Origin: Laetmonice hystrix
Taxonomy: Eukaryota
Assembly (NCBI GenBank): GCA_965235115.1
Contig: OZ249436.1
Coordinates: forward strand, 39,000,001 to 39,064,000
DNA: 64,000 nt
Direction of reading: 5' to 3'
This document shows, piece by piece, positions 26,514 to 38,899 of this stretch (positions are counted from its first letter, which is position 1; every line of letters starts with the position of its first letter). A program made the translations under genes and the position numbers. Under the pieces are notes generated by a model, which was given only the letters and a program-made list of their open reading frames with translations, was not told where the DNA came from and ran no database searches.

Positions 26514-27971
26514 TACTGTGGCCGAAAAGTACAAACGTGCTCAGCTAGCAGATTTCGCTCCTCGGCTGGCCAATTTCGTTACTCAGCTGACTGATTTTAC
26601 TACTCAGGTCAGATTTCGCTTGTTGGCTCACCAATTTCGGTACTCGGCTGACTGATTTCGTGGTCTTCAGGTCAGATTCAGTAGCATACCCAGAAACTGC
26701 ATGGACCCAGGGGGATGCTGGAAATTCGTAGTCGCTGCAAATTGTGAGGGGGCTAGGGGGCAACAAGCGCACAAAAAAATGGGCAAATTGAGGGGGGTGC
26801 TTGAGCACCTCAAGCTTCCCCCCCCCTCCCCGGGTACGCTACTGAGATTTCGGTACTCGGGTCAGATGTTGCTACTCGGCTTGCAGATTTTGCTACTCGG
26901 GTCAAAAGTTGATGCTCGGCTGCGTATTGTGCTACTCAGGTAAAATTGGAAACAGATTTTGTTTTGGCGCCCCCTAGCGAGCTTGGCCTTGCCCTCTGCC
27001 ATACATGACTTTTACGGGCAAAATCGGCCCCTTTTTGCAAAGTCGGCCACCCTGTATGGTATCTGTAAAATTTAACGTACATGTACCTCTAAATCTCAAA
27101 ACCGAGATTATACCAAGTGACATTCCCCATACAAGAGAAATACCTGATGAAATATTAGGAACTACATTTGCGGAGGGAAATCAGCTATAGTCGCAAGTCA
27201 GTTGGCCAATATCGAGATGATTCAAAATGCTTCGGGTGTTTCCAACTATAGGTACTTCCGTTCCAACATAGCGGCTGCAGATGATTTCTCTGAAGATTTG
27301 GATGTTTGTGTGGCATCATATTGTGAGCGTCTGCGCCTTAAAGGGGCATGCTATGGAACACGTTTTGGAGGATTTCCGGCAATTATCCAGCATGACCGTG
27401 TACTAGGGATCCAAGTAAATAATCCTACCACAGCGTTTTGTCCTCCGACGTGTTTTCGCTGCGTATGCAGCACAAATAGGTCCTATACGACCAAACACAT
27501 AGATTTCTCCCGATAGCACATCTCCCTCCATAATTTGGTAGACAACCTCCCATCAACCCGTGTAATTGCATACTGCGTCACATCCTGCGTGTGCACTCTC
27601 TGCATGTGCTTAGTCACGTGCTTCGCTTAGTTGTAAACAATTCAGCAGTTGCACTCGATCGATCAACAAAAGCCACGTGCAAACGATGGGCGGAGCCGTT
27701 TTTTTCAGATGGCCAGCAACTTCATAAACTTTCTCATGCAAAATTAAACTGATAAGTCTGTTTTTGTTTACCAAACAATTTTAATGAAGGATCTCTTTAG
27801 GAAAACAGCGCTTTGAAATATCGATTTTTCGCGTATCCTCATAATATGCCCCTTTAAAAGTAAGCCTCAACAAGTGAGCCTCAGCAAAATCGAGCAGCCA
27901 CGATTCGAGCTCGGCAATATTTGGCTGTTCCGGTCCAGGATAATCGAGAATGTTTGTACTTTTCGGCCATA
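26514..27971. mobile_element. TIR element with CTACTCGG subterminal repeats
   Basis: TACTGTGGCCGAAAAGTACAAAC pairs with GTTTGTACTTTTCGGCCATAGTA. Confidence 0.75.
27342..27853. mobile_element. Kolobok-like MITE nested in the preceding element
   Basis: TTAA|AGGGGCAT ... ATGCCCCT|TTAA: TTAA target with purine-starting termini. Confidence 0.7.
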
Positions 27972-27991
27972 GTACTACAAACAACGCCACC

Positions 27992-28987
27992 TTGTTAGGG
28001 CATATTTTTGTCGCCGTGCATATATTGTCACCGGCGACAATATATGACAACTTTCATGGCATAATATATTGCCGCCCATTAGCACATGTTATGTGCCGGT
28101 AGCGTTGGTAGGCCTATACATCATAGCGGACTGCACCGGCGACAATATGTGCCATGGACATTGCCATAATCGCTGGCGCCGGTTACTGTATACGGTTGTC
28201 GGTGATCATTGTGGAAGAGAAGTGTGTGGAAGAGAGGGAGGGTGGGGGGGGGGGGGACAGGCAGGCAAAATAATTGTAGGGGAAAAGCGTCTAAAACGGG
28301 CCACCAAGTTAAAATGTGCCCCATGGATTGCGAAACATTGACATTCAGAAACAACATCCAAAAACCCCGAAGTAGGTGGCATTGTCGTACTCAACTTGTC
28401 AATCTGCACAATTTGCAAGTAGCGTTAGATCTAATTCAATAGACCTAACCCTAAACTTACCTTAACCCTAACCGAGGGGCGTAAGGTAGCACCCGTATCT
28501 GCAGGTTTGCCTTTTTAAATTGGCGGGGTAAATTTCGAAATTGACGAGCCCCAAACGGGAACTACCCACTAGTCCGGGGGTCCACTAGTCCGAAGGTTCA
28601 CTAGTCCGAAGTTGGCAGTGGGCAATGGCAGGGGAACATGGGGCTCTAACTTCAGGGGGGCGGTAGTCCGACGGCCCAATGGTCGGACAGACCAATCCCC
28701 TATGGGTTAGAGTTAAGGTTAGGTTTAGGGTTAGTAGTTATATTTGATTTCAGACTAGTGAACCCTCGAACTAGTGAACCCTATCCATCGCAAATTGCGC
28801 GAACTGGAACTGCGCAGCGACAATAATTATGTGCCGTATTTCTCTGCACATATAGGGCCTATATTGTCGCTGGCGATAATATATGCCGGCGACATTAGAT
28901 CTATGTGCCGGTGACAATATATGCTATGGACAATGGCATATATTGTCGCCGGCGACAAAATATGCACGGTGACATTATGCCGTAACA
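27992..28987. mobile_element. MITE with TGTTA termini, ATATTGTCRCCGGC subterminal repeats and central CCTAAC-like tracts
   Basis: TGTTAGGGCATA ... TATGCCGTAACA; a second small element with CACTAGTCCG repeats lies at ~28556-28790. Confidence 0.6.
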
Positions 28988-29040
28988 CACCTAAAGGATT
29001 GTTTTTGAACCAGGAAAGTGACCAGGCCCTAGTAGCACTA

Positions 29041-29732
29041 TATCGCTGCCTTTCTGGCGAACCGTCGAATATGGGGGTTTTGGCGAAATTGAGTTTTTAG
29101 TAGATTCTTAATAATTTTGAAGAAATCTGTAATCCCTGAAAATTTCATTACCCTCCGGGCGAGAATTAGCAAGATATTAACGTCGGGTTCTTTGGCGAAT
29201 ATGAATTGTCTTCGATTTACTTTTTCTTAATACTTTTACTTAATATATTCATATTCGACGGTTCTTCCGGAAATTATTTGTACGTACTTGATAATTTTTT
29301 TACGGCGAACCGTCGAATATAGAAATTATGCCCAAATAAGGTAATGATATGATCAGTGATCACGTATGGTTTCCATAGCAACACGTCGAATATTCACGGG
29401 CGAGATAAAAGTTTTCCGGCGAACCATCGAATATTCACGGGCGAGATAAATGTTTTCCGGCGAACCGTCGAATATGCGTCGAATATGACATAAAGTCACG
29501 TAGGCATGGCTATTTTTAGCCTTTATTATTTTGCCGGAAATTACTGTTAGCGTCAAATGGATTCCAAAGTATGCCGTATCGTATCGTATATTAGCGATTC
29601 CCATAAAAATAACGAAAGAAATAATGTTAAATTGATTTTGAGGATGTTTGAGAAAAGTGCAAAACTTCAAGCGCGTTTTTCTCAGTTCCGTCTAAACCCC
29701 ATATTCGACTGTTCGCCAGAAAGGCAGCGATA
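29041..29732. mobile_element. TA-flanked MITE with ~36-bp TIRs
   Basis: TATCGCTGCCTTTCTGGCGAACCGTCGAATATGGGG / CCCCATATTCGACTGTTCGCCAGAAAGGCAGCGATA; internal GGCGAACCGTCGAATAT repeats. Confidence 0.85.
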
Positions 29733-30229
29733 TATTCGGTTTGTAAATGTGGGTGATACTTGGTAAAACACGTAGGTGATGGTCACAAAATGGCGGAAAT
29801 GGTTTTTTTGGGGCACTATGAACGGGGCACCATGAACACTTTGTCCTTAGTGTTCATGGTGCCCCAAGCACACTGTCTATAGAAATTATATTTGAAAACA
29901 TGATTAATTTAAGGTACAAGTTCGCTTTTTCGCATGCCACTGATAAACCGTTCCAACTGCTCTGTATAGGCCTACTGAGTTTGTTCTCAAGTGCAATACC
30001 TCTACACTAGCAGTCTGTGCCCCCTAGTCTTCCAATCCAAAGGCAATGCTAGCCTTGGAGATCTTGGCATACGTCTCATCATCGATGTGCACTTGTGAGA
30101 GGGTATTCCCTTGGTAGGACATTTAGTCTGCAGCTTTAAAAGAAAAGAAAATCTCCAGTTTAGCGAGTTGACAGTTGATGAATGTTTTGGACTAGAAGTT
30201 TCAAGAAGATTCCTGTGGACTGTACTATT

Positions 30230-30650
30230 GTCCAGTATCTGTGGGAGAGGTTGATGCGGAGCAGATAGACTGGCAAGGGTTGCCTGATGATGTCCGTTCC
30301 CTGACAGGGGTGAGCCCAGATCGAGCTGAAGCATTGGGTTCGGGCAAGAAGCAGCACTGCTGTTAAAATTAGGTTCAACACTACAAGGGAGGCATGTTTT
30401 GGTTAAGACAGATAACACTACTGCAGTTACGTGCATACAGCATATGGGATCAACCAGATCACCTTTGTGCAATAGGCTTACTAAGGATATTTGGGAATGG
30501 TGCATAAAGCAAGGAATCTGGCTGTCGGTGACCAATCTTCCAGGATTACAAAATTGTGTTGCAGATTTTGAGAGCAATGAATGAGCAAATGTTTCAAAAT
30601 ATTGCGCAAACATGGGGCCACCAGAGATTGATTTGTTTGCATTGCGGTTA
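30230..30650 (+). pseudogene. DIRS retrotransposon RNase H / methyltransferase-region relic
   Basis: VKTDNTTAVTCIQHMGSTRSPLCNRLTKDIWEWC..LPGLQNCVADFES, then WGPPEIDLFA; same motifs as the DIRS at 49-53 kb but clearly diverged. Confidence 0.8.
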
Positions 30651-31294
30651 ATATTTTTTTTGAATGGTCAAAAGTCAAAGGTCAAATGGTCAGGAGTCCT
30701 TCCAGTCACCTTCCAAAATAATGATTTATTTTGAAAGTCAACATGCTCCCAATCATATCAAACTTGCCTAAATAAAATTTATGGAATTTTTTCCCCCTGT
30801 GCATTTTTTTTATAATTTTTGCTTAAAACCCCCCGCCCCCTGCCAGGGTACTGGGCCAGACTGGAAATGGGTAATAGTTGGAATATTAAACTATGTTAAT
30901 CGATATTGTTAATAATAACTGACTCAAACTACTAACACCTTTTACTGAAGAAACACAAAACAAAACAAAAAATCACCAGTCTGGTTCAACCGGCAGTGTG
31001 CCAAATGTCTGAAAAATCCTGTTTTTTCCATTGAAACCTATAGTAAAGACCCATTTTTTACGGAGGCCTGTATAAAAAAATCTAATTCGGTGACATATGA
31101 TTTTTTTTTTTGGTACTCCTAAGGACACAGGCTATCCCCCATAAAAATATTTTGAAAATTCTAGTGGTAACTCAAATTTCGTCGAACACTCACATTTCCC
31201 TTTAAGTAAACTTACAACATCCCATTGCTCTACAAATGTTGCTTACACATTATTAACCAATCAGGAATGCTCCTGTATTCACTTCTTCCATTAA

Positions 31295-31527
31295 CCCTTT
31301 CCAGTCGTATCCCATATGGGATACAGATAAAAAAAAAAACATCATTCTGGGCGTATCCCGTATGGGATACGGGAGGAATATTTTTTTTTAAAGTCTAACA
31401 TGTTTCCTATCATATCAAACTTCCTTAAATAAAATCTATAGACGTTTTCCCCCTATGATGTTTTTGTGTAATTCTGTCTGAAAATCCCCCAGCCCCCTGG
31501 CAGGGTACTGTGCCCGACTGGAAAGGG
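31295..31527. mobile_element. piggyBac-like MITE
   Basis: TTAA|CCCTTTCCAGTCG ... CGACTGGAAAGGG|TTAA; an older degenerate copy lies at ~30697-30875. Confidence 0.85.
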
Positions 31528-33590
31528 TTAATGGGTTTCTAATGGAAATAGTGAGCCCAAAGCCAGCTTTTTAATGGAGGTCTTCACTGCTTGGAGAATA
31601 AGAAGGAAGAGGGGCAGTAAAGACCACAAATGGAGTCCAATAATAAATAATATGGTGATTTCATCTGTATTAGATACTATATCAATAAATTGAGGGTATA
31701 CCCTAGATGTAATATTGAAAAGGTTTCAGACGAAATACTGTATGATATGGATTATGTACATAAATAATGGGCAAAATGGGCAATAAGCATAAATTTTGGG
31801 GGAGAAACATGGATTTTTTTGCTTTTTCTGAATGTTATGGAGTTCCATTATTTAATGGAAAACATGCAACCCTCCTCTTAACTTATATCCAAATATATTA
31901 AATATATCCAGGCAAAGTACAGGCAAAAGATGGGAAATTTGACAATGTGATCAAATTAATGAAAAATTGTGTATTTATTTACCTTTTTGTAACTATTAAT
32001 CTTTTTCCAAAGAAAAATTATATGTCGTTTCCACCGACTTAAAATCCATACTGTGTCAAAGCTTGATGTATATAGGTGGGTTTGTGACAGAAGAAAGATG
32101 TAGATCATATATATTTTGGTGTCCAGATAAGAGAAATTAAAAATATGTAAATTTGGCCATTTTTGGCACTCATAATGTCCTATATCTATAGTTATATAGT
32201 AGGCCTACAGTTGTTTTTTGAGGGCATCGATTGTGCAATATCTGTTTCTTGTCCTTGCCAATATAAAAACACTTACCTTTATTTTCTGCATGGGGTTCAG
32301 AGCCCTGCCCCTTTCAACACCCGATTCATATACAGGGTTGCAAGAATATATTTCCATGTAGTTAAGATGAGAGAAAATCATGGTGGAACTGGAATAGGAC
32401 ATATCCCAATACTTTAAGGTAGGAAATTTATACAGGGTTGCCACAGGTTGGCTATATTGAAATTTCATGACTTTTCCAGAACAAAACTCTCAAATTTCAT
32501 TATCAATTCCAGATAAAATTAACAAAATGCACTAAAATCCCAGAATTGTCCCCTAGTACATCATATAACGTTGCAATTTAAAGGGAGTCGTAAAATTCAT
32601 TTTTTTTTATTTATGGCAGTCTTAGAAACATATATTCGCATACCTTGGACTCCTAGTAACATCATGTGAGACTGTTATGGCCCAGCGACCAGTATTTAGT
32701 AAGGAAAATATGCCAAATCTCTCGCAAATACGTAGCTCAGAATTAGCGAGCGGCCCACAGGATATTTGAGTTGGCCGCGGTCGGGCGATGATCACGCGTG
32801 ATCACGTGACTTCTGGGTGTGGAAGGGAATCTCCCTCTAGTCTAGCGTTGACCTAAATACCGCATGGAAGAAGCATGTTTTCCTGGGCGGTCCCCCCCTC
32901 CCTCCTGATTTTTTGTTATTTTCTTCAACTTGAAACCTACTGACCCTGCCTGGAGGGAAGGTGCAGTCAGTTCTGCAAAGCAATAAGTTTGGACAACCAG
33001 TTTTAAATTATGTATAAAATAATTTATTCAAGCCATGATACTCCAGTCAGAGGCAGATTTCTATTGGTATGCTACGTAAGGCATATAGACATGGCAAGGA
33101 ATTTCAATGTGTCTGTCATCAACGTCCACATCACCATGATGATCACATCACAGGCAGAGTCTGTAAAATAAAGTGGAATTCAGTATCAGTATCTGGTCCA
33201 AATTTGAAGCAAACTGAACTATTAGTAATATTCAGGTTATGCAAAATGGTCCAAAAACATGGCCCACCCTTTAAACAAAAATGGCTGCCATCTTGAATGT
33301 GCCAGTCGGAGTCGGATCAAACTGACGAGCACAGCTAATGCACCCCCCCCCCCCCCCAAAAAAAAGTGTACTAAAAAACAGTACTGAAATGGTTGAGATA
33401 AATTATGTAGTGGTATCACATGATTTATGAATATGACTAAAGAAATTATGAGAACAAAGGGTTTTTGAAATTTTGATCACTTACCTGATGAATGAATTTT
33501 GTAAGGCATCCTCTTGTCGTGACCTCCATGGGACACTGTAATTCTCCGTGATTCTACCAGGCCCAAAGACCCATCTGGTTTCTTCAATTT

Positions 33591-36241
33591 CTAGACTGCC
33601 GACATTGGGAAGCTTAACTTATCCATGAGGTCGTCTATCTTGTCTTGGAGAATCTCAATCATATCGGCAGAGATGAACAGGTGTGTTTCGCTAAGGTCTT
33701 GGATCACAAACTTTTTCCCCAGAGCATTGGTCTCATCAAGATGAAGAAGAAACTGCTTCATAGCTGGATCACTAAAAATAAGAATACCACTTAGTGGGCA
33801 GGACTGAATGCTGTTTTCTCTTAGAACTGACAACATTCTAGTGCAAAGTATATACCAGTAGTCATTTTCACATCTGGTTAGTTTCATCCAGTAGAAGATT
33901 TTTTTACCACCAATAGTAGCTTCCCACACCGCCAGTATTGCACATACCCGTGAGTCACATTAGGGACAGGTCTACACTGCCCAACTGCACTCTCGCGGCT
34001 ATCGGCGCTTGCAAGTCCCGGTCTGTGACAGCTCCAAGCCGGGAAGGTGACTGAGCGGAATGTACAGTACGGCAGAAGCTACAGTACGCCAAAATGTCAA
34101 GACTGGTGTGCAATACCAATGGGCCAAACATAAACACTGACAATCAGTGTACATGCCGCCCAAGCCCCATGATTTGAGATTTGTAAATCTGAAAGTCTCA
34201 GTACATCTACTATCAATGATTGACCACAATTTGGCAGATGAAACATCTACCGTATAGTAGTCGAAGGTACAGAATGCGACAACCATTGTGCGATGATTGT
34301 GGCAGTGCAGGTGGGGGCAGAGATTCTGCCAACGGTTTCGCTCAAATTGGCCGCCGCTCGAAATCGGCTGCCCGTAATAACCTACGGACGATCGGGCGTA
34401 GCACGAGGGGGTTCCGCTGGCGGAGCCGCCCGCGAGACTAACCTATCACTAACCCTAGGCCTAACCTTAACCTCAACCCTACTAACACTTACCCTAGGCC
34501 TAACCTTAACCTTACCCGCCTCGGCCCTGGGCGAGTATCCCGGCGTCACCAGTTTTCGTCAACGTAAGAACAACTTGCACCATTGGGGGACAATAGTAAA
34601 CTTATTCACAAGGCCAACATATCTGCTTATATATATGTTGATTATACCAGGTATAATCAGCATCAAAACTGACATAACTGTATAAAAGATCGATACACTT
34701 GAGTAAATACAGCGGTCATAAATGTCAACAACAATGGCGGTCGCTTACTCGCTGTTTCGTGTGTACTACGTCACCTGTTTTCATCGGCGGCCGTTAATAA
34801 CTGCTTCCATAGATTTTTTCTGCGGAAGCGGATCATGCGTATGTTAGACAGAGAATGGAGGTAGCAGACGACGGGTAGGACTCGCTCCTAATGCTAATGC
34901 GTCAATAATTATGTTTTAAGCTCATTTTAGGCAACTGGTCAAAAGTAATAAACAAAATAGGTGACAATAACCTTCCGACGGTATGAAAAATATAAATCTT
35001 ACCTTGCGTGGAGAATATATCTCCATTTCGAAAAAAAATATTCCAGGAGCAACAAGCAGGTATGGAGCTGTCAAATTGGCAGTTTACATTCTCGAAATGC
35101 TTGCGTCTTCAAAAGTCACGTGACCGACGTAATCGGGAGAACGACGAAAACAGGTGACGGCGGGATATGCAACGGCTAGATCTAAATATGATTACCGGAT
35201 TAGTTTGACTAATTACTACCGAATCCGAATTATAGTCGATTCGCCCCAGGTCGGTTTCGACCCGGGTCGGTTTCGCCCCACAACCTAGTCCATTCGCCCC
35301 ACCTCTAGTCGTTTCGCCCCACTCTCGAAGTCGTTTCGCCCCACACTTGAAGTCGTTTCGCCCCATCGGCATCGATGATCTCGAAGTTAATTTGCTTCAA
35401 CCTAAGTTCTTTAACCACACTGGAGCTTTTATAGTTAGTTGGTAGGCCATCGTCTCGATAGGCCTTCGCCGCCACCGGGCCTCGGAGGGGAGAAGCGGGC
35501 CGGGCGGGGACGTCCTGGCACCCATTCGAAGGGTCGGGTGTCAGGGTCGGAAGCGGGGACTGGGTGGAGTGAGGCAGGCCGGTTGCCGGCGGGCGGGCGG
35601 GTGGCTGCGGCGGTTGCAGGCTCACGATCCCGTCTAGGGCACTAACGTAAGGCCGATACGGCCTACGCGAACTCGCCTACAGACACAGCTCCGCCGGTCG
35701 TCAGCGGCTCGCTACCCGGCCGCCTGCCTGCCGGGCCGTGGAGGTGGGGAGCCCGGTACGGGCCGGCAACAGCACGCGGTACAGAGCCGGTAGTTAGCAG
35801 CTCGCTCCGGGCCGGACGGTCGGCCTTAATTGGTTCACAAAACGACTTGTTTACTGGACTGGATAGTATCAAGACTCAAGAGACAATAAAAACGTAGAAT
35901 GATAGAGTCAGTTAGCGTCCAGTCTGGACTGGGGCGAAACGACTTTCCGAGTGGGGCGAATCGTCTTCTACCAGTGGGGCGAATCGTCTTTTCGAGTGGG
36001 GCGAATCGACCGGGGCGAATCGGAAGTGGGGCGAATCGACTATTTACCCCGAATCCTACCAAATTATTGGGTTTGGGTTAGGGTCAGGCATAGGGTTAGT
36101 TAAAATATTTTTGTACTACATGTACTCTGACCCCCATCGCCCACACGTCATTCCGAAAACTTGAACCCGAATGGCAGAATGCGTGTGAATGTTTCACTTG
36201 ACTTACCACTCCACAAGAACACCTTTGTTCACGTTAACCAT
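33591..36241 (-). CDS. GTF2H5: General transcription factor IIH subunit 5 (TFB5/p8/TTDA), 71 aa
   Basis: Exons 36241-36207 ([12 protein letters not shown]|gtaagt) and 33771-33591 join to give [71 protein letters not shown], the recognisable TFB5 sequence. Confidence 0.97.
35233..36042. mobile_element. MITE in the GTF2H5 intron with TTCGCCCCA subterminal repeats and GC-rich core
   Basis: TAGTCGATTCGCCCCA ... TGGGGCGAATCGACTA. Confidence 0.8.
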
Positions 36242-36708
36242 GTTGACTATGCGCAGTGCAGTGTGGCGGCCGCGGTGTCCTTATCGCTACCGGCTTCCCT
36301 TGGATGGTAGACCTACTGGATGGGTGTGTCTTTATGGCACGGAAAGTTTCAAAAAAGGAGTTCATACGGTTCGCAACCATAAGAGCGGCCGGTGACGGTG
36401 TATTTCCTCCCGCTCCCTCGCTCGCCTCACGATCACAGTCCAAGAGTTGGCAAGACCAAGGGTTCCAGACACTTTCCATAATTTCATTGAATCCCGACTC
36501 CTGAATGTAAGAAGCTTAGTCCTATAGACACAGTTTTGAAGTAGTTATCTAATTCTACATCCTTTTCTGTATTTTTCCTTTCTTGTACATCTGATATATG
36601 AAGCTGGCAATATGAAAAAAAAGGAGAAAAACAACTAAGAGGTCCCAACGTTTGCAGCTGTATTTGTTATTTAGTAACGCGGCACCTCAGTATTGGTTTG
36701 GCATATTA

Positions 36709-36721
36709 CCACCAGGGGGCG
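36709..36721 (+). promoter_or_regulatory. CTCF core-motif match upstream of GTF2H5
   Basis: CCACCAGGGGGCG matches the CTCF core consensus; motif match only. Confidence 0.4.
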
Positions 36722-37375
36722 TACTTAGTACGCGTCCTTACCGATAGGGGACATTTTTCACATTATTGATATTACGGAAAGCCAAAGCCCAATTTAACTA
36801 GAGGGCCTCCAATATAATATCGACATTTACCCTGCAATGCTTCCAGTTCCTGTAGACTTGTATATTATGCAGACCAATTTTATAATGGTCAAACGATAAG
36901 TTATAGTGGAGTCTAGGTCTCCGGGACAATTTTCCAACGGGTGTCGTCATTAGCCTACTCCAGGGTCACGGGACGAAAAAGGGGTCAAAAATTAATGTCC
37001 CTTTAGAAAATATTATTTATTCTCAAAACGATTTGAACAAATACAAAAGGCTGCTTTTATTTCAGAAACAGAATATGCTACAATTATATTAAATATAGGC
37101 CTAGTGTAGATCCGTGTAATTTGAACCCCCTAAGAATGCATCTCGCTACTTTCTTGAATTAATGGTGAAGTGGCACCACATTGTAGGCCCCTAGGCCTAT
37201 CTATAAATATTGTGACTGTATTGGCTTTCCATGAAAACATGTATGAGAGGCCAAGAAGATTGTTACTTGCTATGAAATAATTTTTATTTTTTTACTGAAT
37301 TGGTCCGATTTACACATAGAGTCTACATGTGTAATTTGAGCCACAGCAGTGTGTAAAATGAACCCCCGACATGTA

Positions 37376-38580
37376 GGGGGAATGTGCCTTAGGGCCTATA
37401 TCGCGCACTTAGTGCGCGATATAAGGACAAGGTTGTAAATAGGCCTACTAGGTGCTTAAAACATGGTCATTTCGACCATTGCTGGCATATTTAAAATCAA
37501 CGAGAGGATATCAGGTTTGCATCAAAACACATCGCCCTGATTCACGTATAACACCTATGTGAATTGATTTAATATTTAATTATTATGATCATTTGATATA
37601 CCCATGTAGGCCTAATTAAGTCCTATTTTTTAATTTAAAAGGTGACTGCGCGATATTAAGACACCCATTGTTTCTAATATCGCGTGCATGTCCTTATATC
37701 GCGCACCATAGAAAGCTATTATAAAATGGCTATGCTCTAAGCAACATCTTTTATATGTCATCGCAAAATAACAGCTTGGTAGAAGAAATTGAATTTGAGC
37801 ATATATGTAGGGCCTACTGCTAGTCTAAATACTATCGAAAGCAAGTTAGTTTTACATAAGTTTTAAATTTTTTATCACAAAAAATCTGTTATTTACCTAT
37901 TTTTATATATTTTTGTAGGACCAAAAAAATCGTTTCTACTTCTGGACCAAAAATCGTTGTGTTGTTTAGGCCTACACAAAATTTTCCTCGTTAAGGACAT
38001 TTAAAAAAAAATCCGCCTTTTTTAGTGGACATACAGTCAAACCTCGTTAATCCATGTTGGTTTTCTCAAATCAAGTGTCGGATCTTTAGTAGCAGCTGTT
38101 GTTGTAATACCGCGCGCGCGATATTAGAACATTTCACTGCGCGATATAACAACTTGACGTCATGAGTGCGCGATATTAGGCACAATGCAACAATTAACTG
38201 ACCTTGACCTACTGCTTTGCCAGATGTAGTCACACTTGCTTTAGCGATCGAAAGAGATCAGAAAACCCTTCTATTTTCACGTAAAGGTAGTTATTACTAT
38301 ATATTCCTTGTGATCTACAAGATACTAAACATACACTGAAAACCTAGATTTATAAGTAATCTGTCCCAGATGATAGGAAAACGCTAAAAAACTTACGCCT
38401 GCCGATAGGACTTGTGCAGGCTCCTCTTAGGCGTGTTACGTCACTAATAATAACGCCATCGATTACGATTCACTGTTCCCGCCTTTTTTGTTGGGTGTCA
38501 CGACATCTACCGGTAAAAAAGTCCCGCCAGAGGATGCTGCGCGATATAACATACGTGCGCGATATAAGGCACATTCCCCC
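37376..38580. mobile_element. TA-flanked non-autonomous Tc1/mariner-type element
   Basis: TA|GGGGGAATGTGCCTTA ... TAAGGCACATTCCCCC|TA with GCGCGATAT subterminal motifs. Confidence 0.85.
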
Positions 38581-38899
38581 TAGTCAGCAACATTTATTTT
38601 CTTTCAGCGCAAATGCTATAGCCTAGGGGCCTATAGAAAAATAGGATATCTGGGGAATCATGTTGACAAAATTGGGATTTAGATCACCAAAACGGGTCAT
38701 CAAAAACATCAGATTACATCTATGACGAAACTTTTTAAATCCATAGGCGTCTACGAATACTTTGTCACGTGTGTAAATTGGACCACCAGCTTGTGTGTAG
38801 GCCCCTATTTGACCACTTTCGTGTAAATTGGACCAGTGGTTCAATTTACACACAAGCTGGTAGGTCCAATTTACACACGTGACACTTGTGCGACAAAAC

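Noticed and set aside
30002..30613. 203-aa minus-strand ORF
   Set aside because: Antisense shadow of the plus-strand DIRS relic; no recognisable domain.
33772..33929. N-terminal part of the 112-aa ORF over GTF2H5 exon 2
   Set aside because: Intronic; the true N-terminus [12 protein letters not shown] is encoded at 36241-36207.
28443..34515. CCTAAC telomere-like tracts at ~28443, ~28705 and ~34440
   Set aside because: Short, degenerate and located inside MITE cores; not interstitial telomeres.
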